A stretch of DNA of 64,000 bases from an uncultured Clostridium sp. (GTDB lineage: Bacteria; Bacillota; Clostridia; TANB77; CAG-508), in the NCBI GenBank assembly GCA_947571115.1, contig CANOWW010000006.1, positions 11,902-75,901 on the forward strand, given 5' to 3'. The position numbers were made by a program, and so were the translations under genes. Positions 1 through 9,408 of this stretch are shown here, one piece after another. Position 1 is the stretch's first letter. Each line of letters opens with the position of its first letter. The notes under the pieces were generated by a model that saw nothing but the letters and a program-made list of their open reading frames with translations, ran no database searches and was not told where the DNA came from.

Positions 1-81
1 AAAATGATACAGCAAATAAATGAATACTGCAACACTCAAGGTTGTCCCAACTAGCAACACTCCTATCAAAAATTTTTTCAT
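1..81 (-). CDS. Partial small membrane protein (N-terminus only; C-terminus lies before the window start)
   Basis: The reverse complement of 1..81 translates to MKKFLIGVLLVGTTLSVAVFIYLLYHF. A GGAGGG ribosome-binding site sits 6-8 nt upstream of the ATG at 79-81. The ORF runs off the window edge. Confidence 0.3.
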   Translation of the reverse strand, partial: MKKFLIGVLLVGTTLSVAVFIYLLYHF

Positions 82-148
82 TTTTGCCCTCCTGCCTAAA
101 GTTTCTTCTTTAACTATATATGCAGGATTTTCTAACTTTATGACTTTT

Positions 149-810
149 TTACTGAAATAAATTTTCTGGAATATCTTCAAATTCCATTTTTTCTTTTGTG
201 ATTGGATGCGTAAAACTCAAATAATACGCCCACAACCTCAACGGTTTGCCTCTTCCTCTGGTACCATATTTTTGGTCTCCATACAAGCTATGATTTCTTG
301 CAGCAAACTGCACCCTAATTTGATGATGCCTTCCTGTGTGCAAATCGACTTTCACAAGGGACAAATTCGTTTTTTCATTGTACGAAACGACCTCATAATC
401 TAAAATAGCTTCTTTGGCATTTTTCGCATTGTCTGCTACTACTTTGCTCGTATTGGTCCTCTCGTTTTTCTGCAAAAAATCGTGGAAACTATCTTTTTCT
501 GTTTCCATTTTTCCATCACACATTGCCAGATATTTTTTGTGAAATTCTTTCTTGCGCACTTGCTCACTTAGTCTTGAAGCAGCTTTAGAAGTTCTAGCAA
601 AAACCATGACACCGCCCGCGTTGGTCGGTCTAGCCTGTGTACTAAGCCAAGATAGACTTCGCCCGTTTTTTGATATTTTTCTTTGATATATTTTTTTACG
701 ATTGTTAGCATGTCCTCGTCACCTGTTTTGTCTCCCTGTGACGGAACATTTCGTGGCTTTTCCACAACAATAACGTGATTATCTTCATATAAAACTTTTA
801 AATTTTGCAT
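149..810 (-). CDS. RluA-family pseudouridine synthase, frameshifted (listed ORFs 568..810 and 149..607)
   Basis: The N-terminal ORF ends at the RluA catalytic motif HRLDRPT. The C-terminal ORF continues with the GVMVFARTSKAA motif in another frame. The shift falls at about 610-625 inside CACC-G-CCC-G-CG. Removing the two Gs that follow CC restores HRLDRPTGGVMVFAR. Confidence 0.75.
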
Positions 811-821
811 TGGCTACTCCA

Positions 822-3158
822 TTATTTACATACTCTGTTTTCAGCCCTACCATATTGCATATAGTGAATATAATATAAGTGATGATTAGCACCAAAAGCA
901 CGATACAAATCGTCATTTTTTAGGCGATAGGCAACAACATCAAAGTCGCTGCTGGCACGTCTTCCTTCCACTTTTCCCATAGTGATAAAATGATACAAGA
1001 TTTTCAAATCGTTTGTGCCAAATGCCGCTTTTATATCTCCGTTATTTTGCGCATAATATTGGATTGAAAATAGCGGGCTGGCTTGTCTTCGCTCTGCAAA
1101 TCCGTTATTCACATAATGTTGATATAAAGCTGTATCATTATTTCCAAATGCCTTTTTTATATCTGCATTTTTCTCGGCATAATATTTTGCGTCAAATACT
1201 AAGCTAGCAATTCTGCCTTCTGCAATTCCATGTCTCAACCAATGGTCTTTCAAAAGCGCCTCATTCATTCCAAAGGCTGCCATCAAATCTGGGTTGACGC
1301 AAGCATACACAGAAGCGTCAAATAAACCATTTACAATGTCAAAACTTTGATTGGCTTGCCTCGTTTCTGCTTTTCCGTAAAATACATAATGTCTAAGAAG
1401 TTCTATGGATGTCATTTTTTGCAAATCTCCATTTAACTTTTTATAATAGTTGCCATCATATTCCAAGGAACTTTTTCTCATTTCTTTACAACCATTTGTG
1501 AGAAAATGTTGATAGGCAGCCACATAATTGTTTCCAAACGCCTGTTGCAAATCTTGATTATTTTCTACATAATATTTTCCATTGTAGATACAAGATGACG
1601 CCCTTCCTTCTGCCTTTCCACAGGTTTCCCAATGATTTTTTAAAGCACTCTCATTGTAGCCAAATGCTTGATATAAGTCCAAATTATGTTCTGCATAATA
1701 GCGAGCGTTGAAAGCGTAACCACCTACTTCTGCTGAATAGTCTGGTTCTATTGTTTCAGTAAACGCTTTAATACAAGAACTTGCAGCTCGCCCTTTTAAT
1801 TCACTAGCTGTTTTTAAATCGCGCCAATTGGTGCCATTTTGCGAAATATAGCTTTCTCCATAATTGGAAGAAACGGTGTACCACCAAGAACTTTTGTCAG
1901 TAGATGCCAATTCTACTCCCATATAGCCATTATACTTGACAGCGACTGTGAATTTATCTTGATTTAAAGTCACTACTTTTGGTAATTTTATGGTGTGGTA
2001 ACCTTTGGATTTCGTGCCTGTGGAAAAAACATAAGTGGCATTTTTGATATTTTTATCGTCTCCGTTGGCATTGATATAAATAGTAAGATTTTGTGCAGTT
2101 GGGAAATAAATGCCAAGTTCATTTAATGTTTCTGGCTGCATTGTTTTTCGCTCAAATACATTGGCTGTGTACGTTCCGCCATTGATAAGGCTCCATCCCA
2201 TGGTCGCTGTTTGTCCATATTCGTCATATTGATAAAGGTTGTCATAATTGATATTTTCTGTTTTGGTCACAGCATAAAAACTATTATTTTTCATGAACGT
2301 ATCACTGTAAAAAATATAATATAAACCTTTATTTCCAAATTCTGTTCCATACGAATTGAGTGCAACATAGGCCCCTTTTTGCCCCGGAAAAGCTACATTC
2401 GTGTAATTATCATCCCACCCAACAATCGTAATCGCATGATTGGCTGGTTGGTTTACATCAGAACAGTAGTAAGCTAAATTTTCATTATTCCATACAGCGC
2501 CTGAAAAATAACGTGAAGCCATATAAGTATAGGCTGATAAAACGCCTTGTTGATACAAATATTTTTTAATATCTGTAGTATTTGATACGATTTCATAATC
2601 ACTTACTTTTGCAATTGGCTTTGCCTTTTTAAAATTAGCGCTTGTGATATTGGCATCTTCCACAATTCCCATTCCATTGGTTGCATATGCAATCGCAATA
2701 TTGACATTACCTCCTACGTTGTAATTTCGATTAAAACCGTCTTGATTATAAGTTTTAGAGGTTCTGTAATCCATATGTACATCTGAAAATCGCTTTTTTC
2801 GATAATTCGTTAAGCTATAATTCACTTCAAACATAGTCGTTGCGGCACATGCCCAACATAAATTACCATCTTGTTTTCTCACTTCATCATAATCAGAACG
2901 TGTAAACTTAGCTGGCAAATTAATTCCCACCATATTCGATTCTGCTGAAAACGGTTGGATTTGACTTTCATCTTCTGGCTCTTCATACATCTGGGGTTCT
3001 ATAAATTCCTTTTTTTCCTCTTCTGACATCGCTTGCCATTCTTGATATTCCTGTGTATATTCTGGAACAAAAAATTCACTATCTGCCCTTGAAACAATCG
3101 GCACCCCAAACACAAGCAAAAAACTCACTAAAATTTTGAAATATAAACTTTTTTTCAT
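822..3158 (-). CDS. Secreted papain-like (C1 family) cysteine peptidase with seven C-terminal ~36-aa tandem repeats
   Basis: Signal peptide MKKSLYFKILVSFLLVFGVPIVSRA. The catalytic Cys context is GNLCWACAATTMFE, the His is HAITIVGWDDN and the Asn region is ALNSYGTEFGNKGLYYI, matching the papain CGSCWAF / HAV..VGY / NSWG..WGE..GY pattern. Seven repeats follow, with consensus YYxxNxDLxxAFGxNxxALxxHYxxxGxxEGRxAS. Confidence 0.7.
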   Translation of the reverse strand: MKKSLYFKILVSFLLVFGVPIVSRADSEFFVPEYTQEYQEWQAMSEEEKKEFIEPQMYEEPEDESQIQPFSAESNMVGINLPAKFTRSDYDEVRKQDGNLCWACAATTMFEVNYSLTNYRKKRFSDVHMDYRTSKTYNQDGFNRNYNVGGNVNIAIAYATNGMGIVEDANITSANFKKAKPIAKVSDYEIVSNTTDIKKYLYQQGVLSAYTYMASRYFSGAVWNNENLAYYCSDVNQPANHAITIVGWDDNYTNVAFPGQKGAYVALNSYGTEFGNKGLYYIFYSDTFMKNNSFYAVTKTENINYDNLYQYDEYGQTATMGWSLINGGTYTANVFERKTMQPETLNELGIYFPTAQNLTIYINANGDDKNIKNATYVFSTGTKSKGYHTIKLPKVVTLNQDKFTVAVKYNGYMGVELASTDKSSWWYTVSSNYGESYISQNGTNWRDLKTASELKGRAASSCIKAFTETIEPDYSAEVGGYAFNARYYAEHNLDLYQAFGYNESALKNHWETCGKAEGRASSCIYNGKYYVENNQDLQQAFGNNYVAAYQHFLTNGCKEMRKSSLEYDGNYYKKLNGDLQKMTSIELLRHYVFYGKAETRQANQSFDIVNGLFDASVYACVNPDLMAAFGMNEALLKDHWLRHGIAEGRIASLVFDAKYYAEKNADIKKAFGNNDTALYQHYVNNGFAERRQASPLFSIQYYAQNNGDIKAAFGTNDLKILYHFITMGKVEGRRASSDFDVVAYRLKNDDLYRAFGANHHLYYIHYMQYGRAENRVCK

Positions 3159-3249
3159 TCACTCACTCCTATTTTTCAATTCTCCTTTATTTTACCATAT
3201 CTTCTTGTCTCAAACAAGTATTTTTGACTTTTTTCTATTTTTTTCAAAA

Positions 3250-3921
3250 TCATAAAATTACACTTATGGAATATAGAATTAGCATATGAGCTGGATAGAA
3301 AATATAATAGATATATTTTGTTTTGGGTCCTAATTTTCCGTTATATGCCAAAATCAACACTGCTGGCAATGTGGCGCATAGATATGAAATCACATTAGAA
3401 AATGAATAATACGTTGTCAATCTTGGGTAATAGTAGACAAAATTTAAAAGGGCAAAAATTATAATTCGCAAGAATTTTTGATGACGGCATACATATAATG
3501 TAAAAACAGCTGCCACGCCATAATAGCCATAATCGACGCAAAAAAGTTTACCCATATAAATGATGAATGCTACAAGTGGAAGTGAAAAATAATATTTTTT
3601 TCCGAATTTGTCAAATACGGTAATTGCTATTAAACCAAGCAACAACGTAAACATAATATTTAACATAAGCCAGTTTCCGAGCAAACTGCGAAATAACATA
3701 AATGGAACTTGTGAAATCAATGCAAAAACAATCAATCTTTGATAGTATTTTTTTAAATCACTGGTATGACAATAGCCCTCCACCGCTAAAAAGGCAAATA
3801 GCGGGAAGGCAATTCTTCCTAAATATTTTGTAGCAAAACAAGTCGTCTCTGGAATGGCATATTTGACATGGTCCAAAACCATGCTGACACAAGCGATTAT
3901 TTTTATCATAAAAATTGACAT
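3250..3921 (-). CDS. TraX family membrane protein
   Basis: N-terminus IKIIACVSMVLDHVKY... matches the TraX family LK.IA...M.IDH motif. The protein is a 223-aa polytopic membrane protein. Confidence 0.6.
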   Translation of the reverse strand: MSIFMIKIIACVSMVLDHVKYAIPETTCFATKYLGRIAFPLFAFLAVEGYCHTSDLKKYYQRLIVFALISQVPFMLFRSLLGNWLMLNIMFTLLLGLIAITVFDKFGKKYYFSLPLVAFIIYMGKLFCVDYGYYGVAAVFTLYVCRHQKFLRIIIFALLNFVYYYPRLTTYYSFSNVISYLCATLPAVLILAYNGKLGPKTKYIYYIFYPAHMLILYSISVIL

Positions 3922-3996
3922 CTTTTTAGGCTCCTTTTACAAATAAATTCGATAATGTTTTTATTATATCACATTATTTTATTTTGTAAAAGTGTT

Positions 3997-4488
3997 TTAA
4001 AAAGATGTCAATTCCAAATAACTTACGACCGATACTTCCACAATGTTATCCAGCAATTCTTTGTATTCTCTTGCACGAAAATTCATAAATCCTTCTAAAA
4101 TCATTGCCTTATTTTCCATGATGTACCTTTTAATGAGTTCCTTTAGTAACCTGTTTTTGTAGCCAATTTTGTTATCTGGCAAATTCATAATTTGATGACT
4201 TATTTTTAAAACATATTCTTGTTCTGCCTCATTCAAATAAAAATAATTTTCCTTGATACATTTTTTGATTAAATCGCTTTCAAAAAATCTTTCAATAGCG
4301 CTTTTCAAAACAATACTAATGACATCATAAAATTCCTTTTCATCTCTTTGAATATCATGAACAATGACATTATCGTATTTCTTAAATCTATAATTCGAGA
4401 TACACAGATTCATTGGCAATTTTTCAAAAGTGCTAATTAAATATTCAATAATGTCTTGGTTGTTTGTTTTTATGCAGATTGATTTCAC
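3997..4488 (-). CDS. Hypothetical cytoplasmic protein (163 aa) downstream of gpr
   Basis: An intact ORF with no recognisable motif. It is read in the same direction as gpr. Confidence 0.4.
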   Translation of the reverse strand: MKSICIKTNNQDIIEYLISTFEKLPMNLCISNYRFKKYDNVIVHDIQRDEKEFYDVISIVLKSAIERFFESDLIKKCIKENYFYLNEAEQEYVLKISHQIMNLPDNKIGYKNRLLKELIKRYIMENKAMILEGFMNFRAREYKELLDNIVEVSVVSYLELTSF

Positions 4489-4553
4489 TTGGCGCTCTCC
4501 TTTAATTCAAATATATACTATCATATTCATTACTTACAAATTGGGTGTAAGTC

Positions 4554-5483
4554 CTATAATGCTTCATTTATGCCCCTTGAAATAATATCTTTCATGCTAT
4601 CAATCAACTCATCAATCTCTTTTGGTGTCACAATAAAATTGTAATCATTCGGAATTAATGCATTTTTAATTCGTTCATAATTATCTTCGTCTTTTAGCTT
4701 ATTTAGTACATCATTTGACTCAGCCTTTTTCTGCAAATCCTCGATAAATAAATCCAAGCAATCATTTGTAATCGAAGCCATCTCAACAACTGTAGGCACT
4801 CCCAGCGCCACCACAGGAATGCCCAATGTTTTCTCTGAAAGCTCGTCTCGCGCATTTCCAACGCCACCGCCTGGCACAATTCCTGTATCTGAAATCTGAA
4901 TCGACTTATTAATTCTACTCACACTTTTTGAGCACAAACTATCAATCGCAATAATCATTTTGGGTTTGACTTTATCCACAATTCCGCGAATAATTTCCGC
5001 ACTTTCAATTCCTGTCGTTCCCAAAACCCCCGGAGAAATAGCAGAAATGGCACGCGTATTTTCATCAATATATTGGGGCAAATAAAGTTTAATGTGACGT
5101 GTAATTTCAACCTCATTCACCACTCTAGAGCCTAGACTGTCTGGCGTAGAATACAAATTGCCAAGCCCCACAATCATAATTTCCTCGTTTTTTTGAATGT
5201 GCTGGTCCACCACTTTGGCAAGCTCTTTTGCAATTACTTCAACAATTTTGTCCTCTTTTTCTGTTTCAATATTATTGATTTTTTTAACATCAATTGTAAC
5301 ATAATTTCCGATTGGCTTTTGAAGCGCTGTCTGTCCCGTCTCATTCGTAACACTTACTCTTGTAATTTTGATGTCTTCTATCTCTTCTTCCTCACATTCG
5401 ATTCCATCAATTTCATCTTCCATATTGTTGGCTTTTCGATACAAGTCACGTCTCTCAACCGCCATATCTGTTCTAAAATCCAT
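4554..5483 (-). CDS. gpr: Germination protease GPR (spore endopeptidase)
   Basis: N-terminus MDFRTDMAVERRDLY matches the GPR RTDLAVE signature. The length of 309 aa fits, and the fold is collinear with the HybD/GPR family. Confidence 0.8.
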   Translation of the reverse strand: MDFRTDMAVERRDLYRKANNMEDEIDGIECEEEEIEDIKITRVSVTNETGQTALQKPIGNYVTIDVKKINNIETEKEDKIVEVIAKELAKVVDQHIQKNEEIMIVGLGNLYSTPDSLGSRVVNEVEITRHIKLYLPQYIDENTRAISAISPGVLGTTGIESAEIIRGIVDKVKPKMIIAIDSLCSKSVSRINKSIQISDTGIVPGGGVGNARDELSEKTLGIPVVALGVPTVVEMASITNDCLDLFIEDLQKKAESNDVLNKLKDEDNYERIKNALIPNDYNFIVTPKEIDELIDSMKDIISRGINEAL

Positions 5484-5585
5484 TTATTAATCACCTCAAA
5501 AACTATTGTGGCAAATTTTAGAAAATTTATACAAAAAATTGAACTATGCTATTTAAACATAGTTCAACTTTTATTTACCTAAAGA

Positions 5586-7853
5586 TTACCAAGTAAATGT
5601 TTTTGTTCCTTCAAAATAAGAAATCATTTGATCCACCCATTCTTTCGAAGGGACATTATTTCCAAACCCTTGTGTTAAATCAATAATCATATATTCATCT
5701 TGATATAAAGTTCCACCCGATGGCGTCACTTGAAATGATCTGATAATCCAAGAACCATCTTTTGGCGTACCTGTTCTTATAACACCACTGACTCTCGTCC
5801 AATTTGGATAATTTCCATTATTCCATGAAAACACATAATTCATATCTGCGCCATCTCCTATAAACATCTCAAATCGACAATCGTTAGCAGAAACATTTCC
5901 TCCTACTGTTTTCATCATCCTTGAACCATAATACGTATGATTTGCTGTTGGTTTATTAATTGTTTGTGACAACATAGCTGTATGGTTTCCTGTATTAAAC
6001 TGAATTCCATAAGAACCAGAAACTTTTTGTGCCGTCTGTCTTGTTATATTATTCATCGTCCACTTTGTACTTCCTTGCTCAAAACCTGAATCTGTAACAA
6101 TATTCGTTAAACTTACTCCTGAAGTTGGTTTCGTTTTAAAAATTTGACTTACTGCCCTACTATTCTGAGCTTCATCTTTCAATTGATAAGTAACTGTATA
6201 AATGTCATAACCATTCAATGTTGCTCCTACAGCATTATTTGATGAATTTTTCACTTGCAAATTTGTTACCGAAACATTTCCTAAATTATCTGAAATTTTA
6301 TTAACACTCTTCAAATAACTTTCATTAATGGTAGTGCCAACATTCACTTTTAATTCCGAAGAAGCCGTAATAGTTGGCGGCGTTTTATCAATCCAAATAT
6401 TAGTAGAACTTACTTCAGACACATTACCTACCTTATCAAAACATCTTATATAAACTGGTTGATTTCTCTCTGCAGAAAATGGTGTTGTAACAAATGAATT
6501 TGAAGCTGAATTTTGATAAGTTACCCAATTCACTTGATCATAACTATACTCATAATATGCTATTCCACTTTCTGAATCTGTTGAAGTTATTGTTAAAGAA
6601 AAATTCTGAGAAGTTGCATTTCCATTCGTTGGATTATTTATACTTGGTTTTACTGGTGGCGTTTTATCAATATTTTGCACTGTTACAGACGCTGCTGCAC
6701 TTCCTTGCTGACCTACCTCGTCTCTTAAAATGACAAATAATGTTCCATTATTAGAAAACTCATAACTATTTCCATCTCGCCAATTTAAACCATCTGTACT
6801 AACTTGCATGGTATATCCTTGTATATCAACATTAGCAATAACATTGACGATAACATTTTGATTTGTCCAGCCTTCCTCTGAATATTCAAAACGCAAATCA
6901 GAATTGGTAATATCTTTTACCTCTCCTAAAGTTATTACTTGGCATTCACTTACATTGCCTACCTTATCTTTTACCCATACATAATAAGTTTGTCCCTGCT
7001 TTTTTCCTGTTAGTGTTGTATCAAAAATTAGAGTTTCATTACAAGACTCAAAAATATTTGGTTTTTCTGAACTTTCTGTCACTGCAAAACCTACAATGCC
7101 TGATTCTTTATCTATTGCCTTTATTTTAATTTGATTCGTAGTTGCCGTTACTTCTGTTATCTGAGGTTTAGTTTTATCAATATTTTGAATGTTACTTGTT
7201 GCCATTGCTCTTATTTGTCCTGTCATTTTATGTTTTACTCTAGCATATATTGTTTCATTTTCTATGGATTGAATTGGACTTGAATAAACTGACCAATTTT
7301 TTCCATCTTTACTATATTGTAACACAAAATTAGTCAAATCTATTCCCTGTGTAATAGAAATCACTGTTTCAACATTCTCATTTGTCCACTCTGTTTCTGT
7401 TTGTATAAACTTTATATCTGCTCCTACTATTTCTACTTCATTTTCATTCTCTGTATAAATCCCTATATATTCTATTTTTCCTGTTTTGATATTACAATAA
7501 TAGATATTATTTGTATCATCAAATGTAACAATATAATTGCCTAGTTCCTCTTCATCCTGCACAACTCCAGCTTTCTTTCCACCACTACTTAATTTTTGAG
7601 CAATTACTTCTGACACATCTTCTATTTCATCTAACTCCAAGTCTCTCTCTACCAACAATTCAACTTGCACTAATTCTAACATCTCTTTTTCTGCAGCTTG
7701 CACATATTTATCCGTTGCCTTTACTGCTCTACTCATAATTCCATTACTTCCCGTAACCAAGCTCAAACTAACACCCGCCAAAATAAGCAAAACAATTATG
7801 GTAACAACTAATGAAACTAATGTAATACCTTTATCCTTAAAAATCTTCCTCAT
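5586..7853 (-). CDS. Large secreted protein with a prepilin-like N-terminus (KGITL + hydrophobic helix) and multiple Ig-like repeats
   Basis: N-terminus MRKIFKDKGITLVSLVVTIIVLLILAGVSLSLVTGSNG resembles a class III/prepilin signal, but without Glu at +5. The repeated domain boundaries NIDKTKPQI / NIDKTPPVKPS / IDKTPPTI are typical of bacterial Ig-like domains. It is a paralogue of 22203..23456 and 28108..29960. Confidence 0.6.
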   Translation of the reverse strand: MRKIFKDKGITLVSLVVTIIVLLILAGVSLSLVTGSNGIMSRAVKATDKYVQAAEKEMLELVQVELLVERDLELDEIEDVSEVIAQKLSSGGKKAGVVQDEEELGNYIVTFDDTNNIYYCNIKTGKIEYIGIYTENENEVEIVGADIKFIQTETEWTNENVETVISITQGIDLTNFVLQYSKDGKNWSVYSSPIQSIENETIYARVKHKMTGQIRAMATSNIQNIDKTKPQITEVTATTNQIKIKAIDKESGIVGFAVTESSEKPNIFESCNETLIFDTTLTGKKQGQTYYVWVKDKVGNVSECQVITLGEVKDITNSDLRFEYSEEGWTNQNVIVNVIANVDIQGYTMQVSTDGLNWRDGNSYEFSNNGTLFVILRDEVGQQGSAAASVTVQNIDKTPPVKPSINNPTNGNATSQNFSLTITSTDSESGIAYYEYSYDQVNWVTYQNSASNSFVTTPFSAERNQPVYIRCFDKVGNVSEVSSTNIWIDKTPPTITASSELKVNVGTTINESYLKSVNKISDNLGNVSVTNLQVKNSSNNAVGATLNGYDIYTVTYQLKDEAQNSRAVSQIFKTKPTSGVSLTNIVTDSGFEQGSTKWTMNNITRQTAQKVSGSYGIQFNTGNHTAMLSQTINKPTANHTYYGSRMMKTVGGNVSANDCRFEMFIGDGADMNYVFSWNNGNYPNWTRVSGVIRTGTPKDGSWIIRSFQVTPSGGTLYQDEYMIIDLTQGFGNNVPSKEWVDQMISYFEGTKTFTW

Positions 7854-8033
7854 TTGATTTCTCCTTTTAGTTTTATAATTCTATTTTAACATTTATTAAA
7901 ATAATAAGTCAACAAATTAGTTGTATGTTACACAAAATTTATACATTTGTTACACTTCTGTAATAAAACCAAATAGGCTGTAAAAAACTACTAATTTCTC
8001 AAAAAATCCCTAGGTAAAACCTGATGGTTACCT

Positions 8034-8088
8034 TAAAATAAAAAAAAAGCGAGCGAAATTTGGGGATGTTGCCCCAAATTTCTCACGC
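8034..8088 (-). terminator. Rho-independent terminator downstream of the Asn-rich membrane protein gene
   Basis: An 11-bp stem GAAATTTGGGG / CCCCAAATTTC with an ATGTT loop. It is followed on the minus strand by a U9 run (A-run at 8041-8048 on the plus strand). Confidence 0.7.
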
Positions 8089-8115
8089 AATATATTACAG
8101 CCCTTTCCATAATTT

Positions 8116-8595
8116 TTAACTTCTCCAGCTTCTCCAACATGTGCCATTATCATTATTATTGTTTCCATTATTATTACCAGTGTTATTATTGCCGGAATTA
8201 TTGTTGCCTGTGTTATTGTTACCACTATTATTATTGCCAGTATTGTTATTTCCAGAATTATTATTTCCTGTATTATTATTTCCTGAATTGTTATTACCGT
8301 TATTATTATTACCACCATTATTATTTCCATTATTGTTGTTATTGCCACCACAATTGCAAGAACAATTCCATCTCAAACATCTACAAATTAAATAAGCAAC
8401 AATAAATGCCAATACTGTAAAAATCCACGCAAATGCTATATAAAGTATCGTTCCGCCTAAAGCCAATGCTGCAATGATTAAAAGAACAAATACAATTCCT
8501 GCTACTTTAAACGGGCAATGTAAAATCGTTTGTAAAACAGCAGCAACAATCACAACCAATACGGGAATTACAAAAGCAATTAATAAATCAGTCAT
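8116..8595 (-). CDS. Small polytopic membrane protein with a Cys-rich segment and an Asn-rich GNNN(S/T) tandem-repeat tail
   Basis: N-terminal transmembrane helices, then CRCLRWNCSCNCGG, then about ten copies of GNNNSGNNNT. These are encoded by a 24-nt tandem DNA repeat at about 8150-8330. The plus-strand ORFs 8139..8405 are artefacts of this low-complexity repeat. Confidence 0.5.
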   Translation of the reverse strand: MTDLLIAFVIPVLVVIVAAVLQTILHCPFKVAGIVFVLLIIAALALGGTILYIAFAWIFTVLAFIVAYLICRCLRWNCSCNCGGNNNNNGNNNGGNNNNGNNNSGNNNTGNNNSGNNNTGNNNSGNNNTGNNNSGNNNTGNNNGNNNNDNGTCWRSWRS

Positions 8596-8665
8596 ATGTT
8601 TTTCCTCCTCAATTTATTATCCTTTTGTAATATAATATGATTTTTAATCCATTTTGTGATTTCTT

Positions 8666-9400
8666 TTAATAGTTTACTTCCACCAAATACAACCCCACTG
8701 CTGGAAGCGTTTTCCCTGCTCGTTTTCGGTCTTTACTTTTGATAATATCCGGAATTTCTTCTGGATCTATTTTCCCCATTCCTACATCCAATAAAGTTCC
8801 TGCAATAATTCTAACCATATTATACAAAAATCCACTTCCTGTCAGTTCAATCCAAATTCTCTCCTCTTTTTCTAATACTTCTGCTTCAAAAATCTTTCTG
8901 ATACTATTCTTGCTACTCGTTCCGCTCGCCTTAAACGCTGCAAAATCATGTTCTCCTTCAAAATATTTTGCCGCTTTCCTCATCTTTTCCACATCTAACT
9001 TCATCGGAAATTGATATTCTAATTCACGAAAAATTGCTGTCCCAGTACTCGAACAATTCATCACATAACGATATTTTTTAAAATGCGCACAATAACGACT
9101 ATGAAAACGTTCTTCCACTTCTTCCGCTTTTTTGATTCGGATACTTTTTTTCAACTTTGAATTAATAGCCATCGCAAATTTGTCAATCGGAATATGACAA
9201 TTGGTTCTAAAATTAGCCACTTGCCCCAAAGCATGCACTCCTGCATCTGTTCTGCCAGAACCAATTAGTTCAATTGTTTCTCCTGTAATACTTCCAATTG
9301 CTCTTTCAATTTCTCCTTGAATGTTCAACTTATTGGGCTGTTTCTGCCAACCATTAAAGTCTTTCCCGTGATATTCGATGGTTAATTTAATATTTCGCAT
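8666..9400 (-). CDS. truA: tRNA pseudouridine(38-40) synthase TruA
   Basis: MRNIKLTIEYHGKDFNGWQKQPN ... RTDAGVHALGQVANF. The catalytic Asp motif, domain order and 244-aa length fit TruA. Confidence 0.85.
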   Translation of the reverse strand: MRNIKLTIEYHGKDFNGWQKQPNKLNIQGEIERAIGSITGETIELIGSGRTDAGVHALGQVANFRTNCHIPIDKFAMAINSKLKKSIRIKKAEEVEERFHSRYCAHFKKYRYVMNCSSTGTAIFRELEYQFPMKLDVEKMRKAAKYFEGEHDFAAFKASGTSSKNSIRKIFEAEVLEKEERIWIELTGSGFLYNMVRIIAGTLLDVGMGKIDPEEIPDIIKSKDRKRAGKTLPAVGLYLVEVNY

Positions 9401-9408
9401 TGTTCCTC

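Noticed and set aside
8150-8330. Possible CRISPR array or other non-coding tandem repeat
   Set aside because: The period is 24 nt with no spacer-like unique segments. It lies inside a continuous ORF, and no cas genes are present.
8139-8405. Plus-strand ORFs rich in Cys/Tyr/Leu/Pro (88 and 84 aa) opposite the Asn-rich repeat
   Set aside because: They are reverse-frame translations of the 24-nt AAT-rich tandem repeat. The minus-strand ORF has an N-terminal membrane domain, a ribosome-binding site and a downstream terminator.
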